Origin: Tubiluchus corallicola
Lineage: Eukaryota; Animalia; Priapulida
Assembly: GCA_030141605.1 (NCBI GenBank)
Contig: JAQGDQ010000246.1
Coordinates: 270,494-334,493, forward strand
DNA length: 64,000 nucleotides
Direction of reading: 5' to 3'
The number at the start of each line of letters is the position of its first letter. The first letter of the stretch is position 1. Position numbers and translations under genes: made by a program. This document shows, piece by piece, positions 23,401 through 38,400 of this stretch. The notes under the pieces are model-generated. The model was given only the letters and a program-made list of their open reading frames with translations, was not told the origin of the DNA and did no database searches.

Positions 23401-26400
23401 AAAGCTCATATATGTTAGCCTTCAATGGACAACCTAGAGCGTCCCAATCATAATCAAAGTAGACATTGCGTAAGGAATTCTGATACTTTTCGTGATACCA
23501 GGGCAGAAACTTTGCACCAACTGTGAAGTTGGTGATCTTTTCACAATTTTCATCGTCTGGATTTCTAAACAAGTAGGCACAATAAAGAAATAATAATGTG
23601 GAATGCTTACTAGTGTATTTAGTATAAACTAGTAGGGTTTATACATGTACTACAAGAAATCTATATATTTAAGAAATAAATAAAAAGTAGATTTAAAAAT
23701 ATGTTGAAGTGTGCAGTTCTACAAATTATTTTTACAACTCATTCATAGGCGTATTTATTAGGATAAATCTGTTTAGCTGGTAACCATACAACACTACTAG
23801 AAAATTCCAGTCGTGTTTCTGAGTAGCAGTCATATAAATATTAGAACCTTAGCTCTACAAAAATAATACTTAGTAAATTATTGTGCCATTGAATCAAATA
23901 CAACAAAATGCAGAGCGTACAGATATTCATTTAAAAGAAAGTTATAAGCCAATAATATTTCTAGGGCACAATCCCTTTATCAAGTTAACAGACGTGAACT
24001 ACAGACATCTTCATCATCAGACTATATTAACTAATAGCATATCAAATTTAACGCACTTGTTTGAAAATGTCTTTTGTGGCTTCTAAGTCTTAATTCCTTA
24101 ATACGTTAGTGGCATTTTGTTTTAATGCATGGAGCTATATAGCCATTCTAAATATACAGTTACTTTATAGATCTGTTATACCTGTGAACTTTGATCTGTC
24201 GTCCAGGTGGACACCCTACTGATATCTGTGACACCTGCAGAGAAATTTATAACAATTAGCAGATGCCCGGAAATATTTTAGAGAACGATTGTGTCAAATA
24301 TACGCATAAAATAGAAGACAAAATGTTACATGTTGCAGCTAAAACGTTTGCAAGTACATAGAAACAAATAATATTAAATAGGCTAATGTGCCACTGCAGT
24401 AGGAAATGGTGTTTAAATTGTCAAGTAATTGAAAGTATATTTACAATTTCAAAACAACACAGTCTTGATTGCGCAAAGCCACTATGGCACAATTATGTAA
24501 CAGATAATTCATTGTAAGTCCCCTGACATTTATGTTTTATTATAAGTCCTCTTCAACAATAATAATAGCTTCAACAACATTAACTATACCACATGAAGAG
24601 GATGTTGGCAATCAAAATGCAAGCGCTTGGGTCTCAATTCCATAGTTGCAACACCGATACTGTCTGTCTTCCACTCAGTATAATTCTCCTCAGTTACACC
24701 AGTATACTTGTAGTCTGCGTAAAATTGTAATGTCTGAAATTCAAGCAGAGATTGTGAAAAGTTTAAAACAACATGATTCTTCAAGTTAATGAATGTATAA
24801 ATAGTAAAAGGGCATTCTTTGTAGTTAGTTAACGAAAACTAGTTATCATTACAGTTCAGCAGACACTATTCGTTTATTTGCATATGAACACCTCATTTTT
24901 ATTTTCAGCCAGCCAAATATTCTCACAATATAAGAATTTGCCCAAATATTCTCAAAATAATTGGAAAACAAAAAAATAACACTAAAATGCTCAAGACAAA
25001 CCGTTTTTGAAGTACCAAATCCTATCATTTACATCAGCCTTTGATTAAGTCCTTTTTATCTGTCACAATGGCCAATTTTACATGGAGTGCTATCTTACAA
25101 ATATAAACTACAGGATGCTATTTCAGAAATATTTTATTTTTGCTATAAGCAATTGTGGCCTGATAATTTATTATAAATCAAGTAAATAATTACTGTAACT
25201 GATCTAACTTTAGAAGATAATTAAGTGCATTCCGGTAGAGATTCTAATTAATGTGAAGTTAACACGTCTCACTAATTAGATTTATTTAAATTTTACTCTA
25301 ACTTTTGATCTCATCATTCCTATTTAAAATGACACAACACTGGCATTGTAAAAACTTATGTTACCTTGTTAACCGCTACAGTATCTCTACCTCCCAGAAT
25401 GCTAATTATTTCTTCTTTTGATTTTATGCCATCATCTGTTTCTTCCTCATCTACTACATCTCTAAAGCTTTCTATCATATCAATCATGATCTGTTAAAAT
25501 GCAAATTGCCAGTGTAGTAACATGACAACCATGGTCTAAGCATAGCATGCAATGTAACATGGTCTAAGTATAGCATGCCAAAATGAAGCAACCTAAAAGC
25601 AAGAGTTGTTTCTCTAAATTTTATCTTTAACTACAACAGACCATGTTATATATTGAAAAATGGAAACACATTTTAGATTTACATATCATTCTTAGAAAAT
25701 ACTAAAAAACATTCAAAACTATATCATAATTATAATTCCACTACAGAATTTTTGGGGATAAACCATATCTCTAAAGTATATAGTAACTTTGATTAAGCGT
25801 CTTTAGTACTAAACATTTTAAAGCTGACAAAATAAATAATGTGTGGCATTGGCACCCCTTCATATTATGCCATGTACTAGAAGTTGCTTGCCAGCATCAT
25901 GTGAGCAGTACTGTGTGACTTATTGAATACTTAGTCTTTCTTAGCCAGATACTGAAGCTGTGATACTAGGCACTACTGTAAATAGTTGCACAGCAGATGA
26001 TAGCAATCTTGTAATTACACTGGTGGATTTAGTTACTGCGTCTATATACCACAATGGTGCAGAAAATCTCAATTTCAAACAGCTAGTGACGAACTTTTTA
26101 GCAAAAAAGGCATAAAAGCCAAATTTGAATACGTGAGCAGATAAAAAAGCAATGCCAAAAGCAATACTTACACAATTACAGAACAGTTCAGTTCGACCGC
26201 TGCTTAAACTCCCTTTATTTGCATTTCCAAATAATGGTGTACATCAAACTAATTTGTGTTAATTTTTCCTTATTGCTTGGTTATTAGCCATTCTATGCTT
26301 ATAGACTTATCACACAAGTTATTTTCTCGTATAAGGCATGCTTATTGTTTCTCTGATGTTCTTCAAAAGTTAAAAATTAGGCACTTATTAATGCCTCGAA

Positions 26401-29400
26401 ATAAACTACATAATATGTGAAGGCATTCTACCTAACTGTTTCTACCTAATTAGGACACAACTTTCTTAGCTAGAGAAAATCTCACAGGAAGACAGAACAG
26501 TGCAAATGACTGTCTTGCAAATAATATGGCAATACAGTGTATATATGAAGATTAGTTCATTTGCTGTCAGTGTAAGGCACAAACTTGCAACAAGAAACAC
26601 ATGTATTTTTGCCCCAGATGTTAAAATTAAAAGTTATAAATAGGAGAACTTTTGTTTCATAGATGGAATATCGTACCTACAAACTTATGTCACACTTAAC
26701 TGAAAAATCCCTGATGAAAAGTGCGCAATATGTTACCAACAACTTGTGCTGTGCTTTGTTCATCGATTATTTCACTGGTTACTCATATGGGAAATGCAAT
26801 TTTATCAGTCAGAAGCTGTCTTGGGTGGATAGTTTTAACACCCTGTGCAAATAAACAAGGACAAAAATTTTGCCAAACCCAGTAGTTTAATGAAACTCTA
26901 TCTAATATCAGGTTCAAAAAAAGGAAACAAAAAAAACAGTTTTTTCAGATAACTTATAGACCCATACATCCCCTACTGCACTTGTACTTTTCCAAAAATT
27001 CATGTTACATTAAAAACTTTATCAATAAATTAACCACTGCAAATTATAAATGGTTACGATTTATATCACTCTCAACTAAGATGTTAACGATAACGATAAT
27101 TATCGTATCGATACAAAATTGATATTATTCTATTAACATCATTATTATATCGAATTTAGTGTGTATCGCTACATATCACTCACCATTATAAAATCATTTC
27201 ACTTTGCTTTATTATTTACGCACAAGAATCACCCCAAAAAAATTGAAGAGTTAGGTTGTTTGAATAATCTTCTTGCTCTTTCTTCCTACAATAGCGGCTG
27301 TCTTAAGTCGGTTTACTGACACAGGAATATATCTTCAATATATTTATCTGTCACAGCTCATATTATTTTATGACTAAACAAACAAGAGAACTTTGTCATA
27401 ACTTACATGTATCAATACATTAATCGGGAAACAGCCTGAAAAAATAGGGTGTTGCAATACGCTGAGACACCTTGCACTATAACTAGCCACGCGTTCAGTA
27501 TCATTTTTATCGTTAGAAATAATTTACAGTATCATATCATTATCGTATACGTTTAACATCCCTACAGTACAACATTAAGCAGGTAATTATTTCAATGCAA
27601 TCAAAAAAGATTCACAAGCCAGCTTTATATTCTTACCAAAACCTCTTGATGATGCAAATAAGCATACACTATTTCAGTCCAAAACATGATATTTTCTCCT
27701 AAATCAAGATAGTATATCGCTGCTTCTACATTGTGTGTGAAACTGTAATACTGCAAAGATAAAGAGCATCACAGTCAATAAGTTTAACACACAGTATAAT
27801 GCAAAATCAATGAAATGAGTACTTTTTCAAAGCCAAGGTTTGGGGAAAAAGATGACCTAAATGCGAAACTAGACTGAAATCAAACGTTAAAGGTAAAAGT
27901 ATTTCAAAGATCAACACTACTTGCTTAAATTTCTTAACAGTCACTTCCATGTCTAATAATCAGCTTTCTTGGCAGCAAGCTGTGAGTGGTAAGTAACCTT
28001 TTAAGATGTACAATAAAATTCTATGATATTGCCCTTTAAGTGTAATAACATTGTTCATGCTCAGGCTGATCATAGTAGTAAAGTGTTTGAAAAGTCATTA
28101 TCTAATTCAACTTACTGGACACCTATACAGTGGGTAATAGGCACTATTAATTTCATTCTTCACAGGAAAATTCAAGACTATTGCTTTATCATCTTCACCA
28201 ATAGTGACAATAACCGGCTCAGAAGTGGCAGTTGGCATTAGTGCTATACTGCTAGCATTGCCATATGTGGGATAACCAGTTTCAATCTAATAACACAAAA
28301 AAAATTTCAAAATACACCGTTATCAAACTTTTCAGCTGCTTTTCAGCATCTAAACATCATTATGTTTAGATTAGCAATAATTTATGGGTATTCATTTCAT
28401 TTAGAACTCGTAAAGCACCTTAACGAGCCTTAATGAACAATATTGTATTATTTCGTAAAACATTTTCTCGCTTAATCGATGACAGTGATATTTCAGTTTG
28501 GAGGACTTATTTCCTTCTGCACAGCTATTTTTTGGTTTTAACAAACATTAAGGGAAAAAAACAAGAAAGTTTAACTTTGCAAGAAACATTTTCTACATGA
28601 ATATCAATGAGCACAAAATAATGACAAAGTGGCAAAACACAAAGCTGAACAACAAGGCACTCATAAATTAGTGCCAATAAAACTATTTAATGAATTGAAA
28701 TCTGGTTCTCAAGAGCCCTACACATAGATTCCTTCACCCGAGCAATAATTTAATTATACAATGTAAAAACACAACTAACTATAACGAATGGCATCTGATG
28801 CAATGCACGTTCGTGTCTTGTTGTATTTTTGTATTCAGCTTCACGAAAGGAATTGCCGTAAACTACGCTGTTGTTTGCCAGTAGCGCAAAGAAACTTCCA
28901 CTTTCACCTGACAATCAAAACATCCAAAAACTAATGAACTATTCCACTTATATGCCAATTATATCGTAAATAAAAACTTCTAAATAGTATGGCAGAAAAT
29001 TGGGTGCACATCTGCTTTTTTAGCAAATTGTTAGCAAGCCTTTTTAAAATTCTATATTAGTCATCTTGCTGAAAAGTAAAATAATGCCTATGAAATAACT
29101 GTACGTTGTTTTAAGTCAATGCCGTGCACAAAACAATGATAATGTTATTTCTAAAAGCATCATGAAATAGAACTTACACACAAATACATCAAGCAGTACG
29201 AATAAACTTACATAAAAAATATATATGCTAAATCTACAATGTTTTAAACGATTCAATAGAATACCTGAAAGCACTTGAACAATGGCTGAGTCGGTCTCAT
29301 TTGTCAAATAGGACAGTTTTTTTTCCTTTTTACCCTCTAAAGCAAAACAAAACATAGTTAGAAATCAAAAGTTCTTGCAATTTCCTTATATTATACTGAT

Positions 29401-32400
29401 TAAAAAACTGAAAAATTTAACATTCTATGACAACAAATATAACCAATAATATTTTAACTGTGAGATATCAAACTCTGGAATACTGAACATAAATTTGAAT
29501 GTTGAGACCAGCTTAAATACAATATACTGCACAGCTAAGCTAGTCTTGACCACTGTTGTCAGTGTTGTCAGAAACAAAGAAAAATGACATAAATCTATGA
29601 AAAACAATGCAACCAAAATATAGTAAGAGGTTCAGAAGTCACTGAACAAGGGCTACTAGGCATGCACAGTCATTGCAGACTTCCAGAAACACTTTTATTA
29701 AAAAATAGTTTATCATAAGTCAAAAAAAGTTTAAATAAGCAAATAAATAAATAAACATGAGTAGTTTTTTCATCTTCTCTGATAAAAAAGACTATTTCTA
29801 TCAGCGTTAGCAATTAGTATTAAATTGTTTGATTTTGTTGCACAAATGTCTCTTTAAATGATTTTGCATGACGGCCCAATAGCCAAACATGTTACATGTA
29901 CTACTCTGGAAAATACAAATTTGTACAATAAAAGATTAGCAAATTTGCTATGCCAGTGTGGCTAAAAAAGTGCATACCTTTCTGGTCTTTTGTGAAAAAT
30001 TATAATTGCCTAGGGCCTAGGATAACTGAGAGTGTATTGTTCATTAACAGCATTTTCATCTGTTTTAACCGGGAATATGCTAGCTTGTTTGCTCGTGAAC
30101 TTACTGCAAATAATCCTAAGCACTTCAACAAACTACAGCAACTATATTTTGACTAGCATCACAGTAGAGTGAGTAGGACAACTAATGCCTGCAGAGTGCT
30201 TGCATGGCATTCCCCATTGATGTGTGAGTTGGTAGAAGTAACTATCATTCTATATGTAACAGTGTACAACACACTAAAGCTATATGCTGCACAATAAAGC
30301 CACTTTTTAGTTTAGTAACAAATTACCTAGAAGAGTGGCAAGGGAGTAGAGAGCTTGACTGCACCAATGTAGTAATGTGGGAAGAGCAGAAACCTGATAG
30401 GCAAGCTGTGTTAGCAATGCTGAAAGAAATTTAATGACTCTTTTTAGCACGAGAACCAAGAAATTAACTGCAAAGAAAACAACATCTTACATAAATTAGC
30501 AACCTAAATTAAACCAAAAAACTTTAAACTACAAAAATGGGCCTAATTTTTGCTCTCAAAATATTTATAAACACATAAAAAAGGTAGCTAGCTAATTACA
30601 GAGGAAATTAACTACAAGGTTAAATAAGAATGTTAACTACCTGGCTAAGAACTTGTATCGTATCCATTAACAGAAAGTAAACAAAGAAGGAGGTGTAGCT
30701 CAATTTTTTCCTGGAGATTTAACATTTATTATAACTTTTCGTTCTGTACACAAAACCTTAATACCCTGCTTACAGAAATTAACAAAAAAAGACAAAAATA
30801 TAGCAATAGGTGTTACATATATCACTAGTCCATTAGTCTGTGTTGGTTGACTATAATCTCGATCTAACCAATTTTTTATAAACATAATGATGGCAAACTG
30901 TTTCACAGATTTCATGTTTGTTAATTCCCTGTTAAATTACCTTAATTTTCCAAATGGCACACTTCAGCTACACTTCTTTAATATTAGTAAAGTCTTCTAA
31001 AATATCAAACATCATATTACAAATGCCTGTTCCATTCTTACTGAGTTCTCTGATATCTGCTTACATTTACAATAATTACATTTACATTTACATTTTTTAA
31101 ACTACCTGCTTTCAACAACACACCTGTTCAAGAACTTTATAATGATCACACAAAACTCTCTAAAATGTTGTTGTGTTTGAAGAGGTGAAACTTGCTACTA
31201 ATTTGCTATTAGCCATCATTCATGAATTTTTGTCAAAGGAAAACAACAAAGCAATAGAAATATAACATGAATGTAATGGAAAACAGCAAAGCTATTTAGT
31301 TGTCTGATATACAAAGCCATTTTTTGCATTTTTGGCTCACAGATCAATTCAATCACACTTACTAGGTTGAGTCCGCTTGCAGACCTTCAAATTAAATTCT
31401 TTCCATTCATTTGTTAACCAATTATATTCCCTTAGAATTACATTTGAATCACTACGCGTTGACGCCAGCATGCCCACAACCAGATCACTATTGTCAAATG
31501 CAGCATCGTGTATAAACTATTGATAAAGAAACAGCCATTTAAGCTCCAATAAAATCAAATTCAACTAAATATTTTTCATCTTGCTGTTTAAAATTCGTAG
31601 TAATCAATAGTCATAAGAATAAAAATCTCATATTTCTACCCATTTTTAGTCCTATGATAGTTATCGATACCTGCAGCAAAACTAGTTGTAATTTAAAAAA
31701 ATTTCAAAACTGAGATGTGGGACATTATATCATAGCAAGCTCACAAGAAAAATGCCAATTTCATATTGCAGTAATGCTTAATTCTACAATCAAAAACAAC
31801 ATTTAATAGAAGACATAAAACATTATTACTTAATCTCTTGAATTAAAAGAAAAAATGCCAAAAGAATACATATAATCTTAAGGAATACCCATCAACATCA
31901 AAGGTCATGGCCTTACTCTACTGGATTTCAAACTCAGAAAATATATCAAAGTTGAGAATTTAATGCAGTAGGCGCCGCTTATTAGACTCAAGGTTAATAG
32001 ACTCAATCACTTAACTGACTCAAAAACATGTGGCACAGGGTGAATCTATTCAAATGTATATAAAAACTGTGTTAGCATAGCAGTTTGCTTTTGAAGTTCA
32101 TGCTGCTGTTTCACTAGGTGACTAAGTGTTTTGCGGGAATATGTGCAGCGCACAGCAACAGATTTTCAATGTTTTTACCATTATGAGAATTTCATAAACC
32201 AACTTTTTCGTGAAGAAATGAAGCAACAGACCTTGCATGAATTTTCGTAATTTTTAATGGTGATAATCAGATTTTTGTGACTTTTTTTATTAATTCACTT
32301 ATATAAATTATGCTTCTTAAATAACTTAACATAGGTATTTTTGACATTAATTCATTTAAAGCCTTTGGAATGCATACTATGGTGATAAGTAATTACTCAT

Positions 32401-35400
32401 ACTTGTATAGTAGTAATATACTAAACCCATCTGCTAATTGACTCAGACAATTAATTCGGTCAAAACTTCTATCCAACAGTGAGTCCATTAAGCGGCATGT
32501 AATACCGTTTCATTAGAATCAACTGATGGCGGCCATTCAATATGCACAAAAGTAGTATTTGTATCATTTTTCTTGAAAAACACTAAGTTGTTTGTCCAGG
32601 CCACCAGCATATCGTTTTCAATCTACAAAAAAAATTCAGGCTTTACTTTAAAAGACTACTGACTCGATCAATTGCACCATTCCCTATTTATGTCATAAGA
32701 ACTGTTTAAAACTACATAGTGTCAAGTCAGACATTGATAAAGTCATTCTTAACTCTCATTATTTCCTTTTGAATAGTGAACTTTTTGACTCAGCTTCGCA
32801 ACCATGCATTTAGCTATTTACTAGTTAGATGGGTACTAGTGCTGCATCTCACAAAAATAGGTGCTGTACCTCTTAGTTGACAGGTGTTCGGTTGTGAGTA
32901 GTGTACACGTTCAAGAGCTTATGCATGAACACAGCAGTAAACTTGAAATTTGAATTTTAAACTTAAAATTTGACGAGTTTTTGTATATCACACTGAATAT
33001 TTTATATTTAGTGTACTTCAATTTTTGCTTTTGCAATCACATGCAACACTCTCATGGAATATTTGTGCAGTTGAAAATTATGTTCAGGTGTGATATAATT
33101 ATTAATTGGGCTCGTCAGCAGTTAATTAAGTTTTAACCTTTTATTTAATTATCAGAAACACTTTGGCATTATTATAGGTATACTTTTTACCATACTACAA
33201 AGTAGGGTAGGATGTGAAAAATAATCCTGTTTTCTTTAATAATGCCAATGGTAATTAGTTTGCATTTGCCATAAATCTAGCTAATTTAACTCTTGAAACT
33301 ACAGAAAGCAATGATATACTAAACAGCAGTTCTTATTTCGTTCTTGTTATTTACAAGTCAAGTTCAAACCTGCAGAAGTATTTTCGTAAACCTACCCAGT
33401 TTCTGAAAGCATACTTCTTTGATTGATAATAAATAGTTTTTCCAGATGACAAACCTATTGTGATGTTACTTATGCAGACTTAGCACTATGTAGTTTCAAC
33501 TATGCTTGGCAGACAGACTAAAAAAGCAGAATGACTAACATAAGAAGACCAGTAGTATCTCATCCAATGATAATGTCTTTACTTAGTAAGAGACAGGAGC
33601 ATGCATTGCGCTCAAAATATTCTAAACTAAATACACATTCTGAAGGAAAGTTACAGCACTTATTTATTTTGACAAAAATAATATTTGACACAATGAATTG
33701 AATTTTTCAACAGTAAAACAGTGAGTGATATTTACCGCTCTGTAAACGCCTGTACTACAATCAAAACGTCCTTTTACTCCAACCACTTCAGAACTTGCTG
33801 GAAGCCCTACAAAAAACATTGTGTTTCACAAGAAATCAAAATGCACAGCAACAAAAACAAAATTCGCTCTTACTATGAGAAAATGGGGTAATTATAAATT
33901 ATCAAATACAACAAGTTTTAATTACAATATAATATGCTGTTAAGCAAATCAGTGTTAAGTGAAGCCTTAGGAAATAATGCATGTATTTACACAAGAATGC
34001 ATATTAGCAGCAAATCAATGATATGTGAGTATTTTTGCTACGTAGTCCTACACACTATTTTTTATTAGCTATACAAAGTAATTTTTATTGCACTGGTAAT
34101 ACAGCGCCAACACAATTCGGGTAAATTACAGGTTTTACAGCAACACCTCTTAGTTTAGTTCCCATTTAGTTTCCACAAAAGTAATGTTTTTTCTCTTTTC
34201 TGTTTTAAGCTAACCACTAAGGGAGGAGCATATACACGCACAATTTATAGTGCATATTATAATACTGACAAAAATATAGCACAGTATTTTAGTTTCACCA
34301 GACTTACCACATGAATGAATTATTGCACAACATATTGTGTAATGTTTAATTATCCCCTACAGATGCTCAATACTATTACATAATATTTAGCATTGCGCAC
34401 AAGATTATTGAGCACGTGTATGCCCTGTGATACCATGCAGTACATTTAAATATAAAAGATAAACAAAATGGACAAAATGGTGAAATGAAAACTTGTGACT
34501 GCACACTAATGCTGTTGAACGCAAGTACATGAACAAGTATTGCTTTGTTAAAACGGCAATCTTACAATTTAATTCATAAGCAATAAATCGTGTCACATTT
34601 TCTGTAGCCTACCTCTGGGAATGTGTTTGGAAAAAAGTGTAAATTGGGAAACTGGCACTGGAAGAAGGTCTTTTAGAAGTTTACAACAGCAAACAATTCT
34701 GATGTATTCCATAACGTCCAAGATTCATTAATAAAAACAAAACTTTAGTCTTTACGTAAAAAAACAGGAAGTAAAATTTCATTGAAATTAAATTGTTTAA
34801 ACAAAACGACCCTTCACTAAACAGAGACTTTTTTAGACATGCTGTTTTTAGACTTACATAGAAGTAAGGTAACATCAAAAATCTAAATACTGCCAAGGAT
34901 GTCTGACAGAAACAACTAACAAAGGATAATGATCACAACCTATGAAAGTGGGTTAATGGTACAGCCTAGGTAGGATTTTATCATATTGACAGAGTGCTTT
35001 AATGAGTTGATAAAATAATAATAATAATAATACGTTTCATGGAATGTTACCTAAATAACTAAAATAGAGGAAGCACTTAAAAAGTAAGTGACTTCACATA
35101 AAAAGAAAAGTAAAAAGAAAGAATGAACCTTGTGCAAGAAAGCAGGAGTTCCGAAGAGTCCCGCACAGGTACAAGGAATCATCCGACAGCAAAGCTAGGT
35201 AGGTGAAGGAAAAGGCAGCCATGCGTATATTACGAGATGCTTCCCTACCATTATCCTATCACAAAATTGACAAATTAAAACTGCAAAACTATTTAAAGAA
35301 TACACTACAAAATAGCTATCTGTTCAAACCTCAAACCCAAAAGGAAAAGGAACCATACCTGAGGAAAAAAATGCAACTTGCTTGTTGTCTTCAGACCATC

Positions 35401-38400
35401 CTGGCTGACCAACAACAAATTAGGCGAAAGAACTACGACATTATTCCTGTCACAAGCACTCTGAAGCATAAGAAATTTGCAACCTTTGTATATTGTAAAT
35501 ATTACAATTCTAAATTATGCTAATCATCATATTTACTTGTTTAATCTAATGAACCAGCAAAACAATTTGTGTACTGTTGGAAACTGTGAGATACTCAAAA
35601 GTGTAACTTGGCAATTTCTTTTTAAGCAGCAATAAAAATATTACCACTGTTATCGTGAGTCTCTCCACATCAGAAGTAAACACATTCTACAAATAAAAAA
35701 AAAACTGTCAGCTTAACTCTAACTAAAAACAAAATTATAATGCATTAAGGCATTAAACAAAATAAATTGACAATTAATTTATAATAAAACAAATAACATT
35801 AGTATCTAATTTAAACTGGATTTTTTAAGAAAGCTTGGTGACACAAATTTTGTAAGTTCACATACCTGTTCATCTTGCTCTGCAAGTGGCAATAAATATT
35901 TCTCTTTTGTTATCACAAAAGTTGACTTACTGGAACAACAAATAAAAATCACCAACAATTATCCATTCAAGTTTCTTTTGTACTACTAAATGAATATTTA
36001 TCAAAATTTCTAAGCCTGCTTTACACTGGCATTTGCTGAATTCCATTTGGGTTGTGGTACATATCTTTGCACCCATTTTTAGTTTCAGAAGCATTTGTTA
36101 ATATGTTGTCACGTGCAAACAGTAGCACTATAGTAGTTATAATTCGGCAACATTTTTAAAAATGACAATAGCTTGCTAAATTTAGTACATGTCTTACTAA
36201 AATCGTTGTTCTTGGTCATGATTAGTGGAATTGTCCACATTGTCTGTCACTACTACTTACTCAAGATGCAGAGCAGATCATTTTCAATTGATATAACACT
36301 TATAGTACCACATTTTAAACAACAAGTTCAAAATGGTCCCTTCAGCTTCAAACTAATTGCAGAAAGGACAACATTTGCTTGGTGGCCCTGCCACACAGAA
36401 ATCGCTATACGATAATATGCATCAATATTTTTTAAAAACTTTTCAATATTTCAAATTGAAGATTGCTTTATATTTGAACAGAAATGTATATGAACAAAAG
36501 AATTAATAAATAAATAATATGAAGTAGAATGTTATGCCAACCTCTGCAGTATAAAATAATCAAATTTCTATAGAAATAGAACGTTTTAAGTTAATAAAGG
36601 AATATAGTTTAGCTACATGCTGATAGTTAGTTCTGATCATGTACCTTACAAATGTATCGTAGACAGTTACAGCTTCACCATCAACAGTAAAGGCCAACTG
36701 ATAAAATGAAGAATATTCGAGAAGAGGATTTATATTGTACTTCCAGCAACTAAAATGAATTTAATATTTAGTAGACATTTGCATGATAAATTAATCTCAC
36801 ATTGACAACTCAGCTCTTTCTCCACAGTGCAGCTTTTTTTAAATTTATGTATAATAGAGCTCACTCGCTCGCTTAGCACATTAATATAAGTTTAGACCCT
36901 TCTAAAGTGAGGCCCAAGTAGTCAGTCATGTGATGAGTAGTCATCTTCGTTATGGACTGGACACAATAAAAAATTGCTCTACTTGTTGAAGGTTCTGCAG
37001 GAATGATTTATAATAGAAGTTCATTACTACACTAAAACTGCTCACAAATTAATAACAATAGTATTGGGATCTGAAGATGCACATTATATAGACTTCCATT
37101 CGTTTAAACCCCCGTGTGCTTTCATTTTGCCGGGCAGTGAATCCTAAAGCGAGGCTAAATTATTCAAATAAAACTTGTTAAGTAAAGCCCACACATCGAA
37201 CTATCCACCTGTGTGTGCTTTTATTTTAGAGAAACTGATTTGAGTAAAACCCAGTGCGTGCTATTTGACAGCCAAATTTATTAATGGGATCCATTAACAG
37301 ACTCTGGGTATACATGTGAGAGCCAGTGCTACCTGTATTCTCGACTGTATCGTATCAAAAACATTCTCGACAAAAGCTCTGTCAGTGTGCCAAGTTTCAG
37401 CTCTGTAGGTGCAATAGCTGAGGTGTGAATAAAGACATGGATATACCCATACACATGCCCTTCGGATTCTTTTGCAATAGTATGACAGAAAAGTCCACAG
37501 GAACCCCTGAGTTCAGTTTCATGAGATGCTTCAACAATGATTTAAGCTAAAGGGTGCAGCAAGAAATACAACAGATTCACTGTGACCACTTAGGAATGGA
37601 GGCCTGCTGATTATTTTTTAGAAGCTCAGTGGCCAACTTCACATTACTTCAACACAGTCATGAACAGATGATGATCAAAGATTGTAGAGGGAATCAAGAC
37701 TAAGAACTGAAGTAAAGCACACACCTGTTTTTGAACAATTGTGTGGCCTGAAATCAAATTTGCCCCTGGGTCAAACAGACTGTTAAGACTCACTAATTGA
37801 TCTCTCCCCATAATACTTTTAATTTTATGCTTACATTTAGTTCAGTGTGTGTAAAAACTCTCGCTTGACATACTGCACTTTTACTACATTAAATATGTTA
37901 ATAAACAATCTCACTGACAAAATTTTTACCCACCTACAGTTTTTGTCAAAACTTTCGTATGTCACGAAATCAGCTTGCCTTTCAATAAAATGTAAACTCT
38001 CGTGTATACGGGGTCTGTGTCCTCGATGAGCGAAGAGATTCGTAATCAATGCCGAGTACTAAAAATAATATGCTTTTCATAAATATAGTTATACGTATGT
38101 GCTTTGTATGGCTAAGGATATAACCAAGTGGTCAGAGTGCATGCTTAGCTAAAACTCAAGCAGCACTGGATGTGGTTAGTAAATTTATAGGCGGTCAGGA
38201 GGAATAAGTCTTCTAGGTAGTTTCATCTACTATACTTGATCTAGCTCACCATATTTTTGTTTTGTACATGACCCACATATACAGAAGATTTTATACCCGA
38301 TGGTGGCTACCAAGTTTTTAATATCATACTTTATCTTATCATAGCTATTTCTGAAACTGAGGAAAGCTATAATTGTATAAAAAATCAGAAAGTGGACAAG

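Noticed and set aside
26680-26843. Candidate CATSPERE exon after a good acceptor
   Set aside because: Stops in all three frames; the flanking exons join in phase without it.
34300-34939. Possible additional or pseudogenised CATSPERE exons
   Set aside because: Candidate frames contain several stops or weak splice sites, and exons 35404-35359 and 33806-33736 join in frame. Unresolved without transcripts, so pseudogenisation is not claimed.
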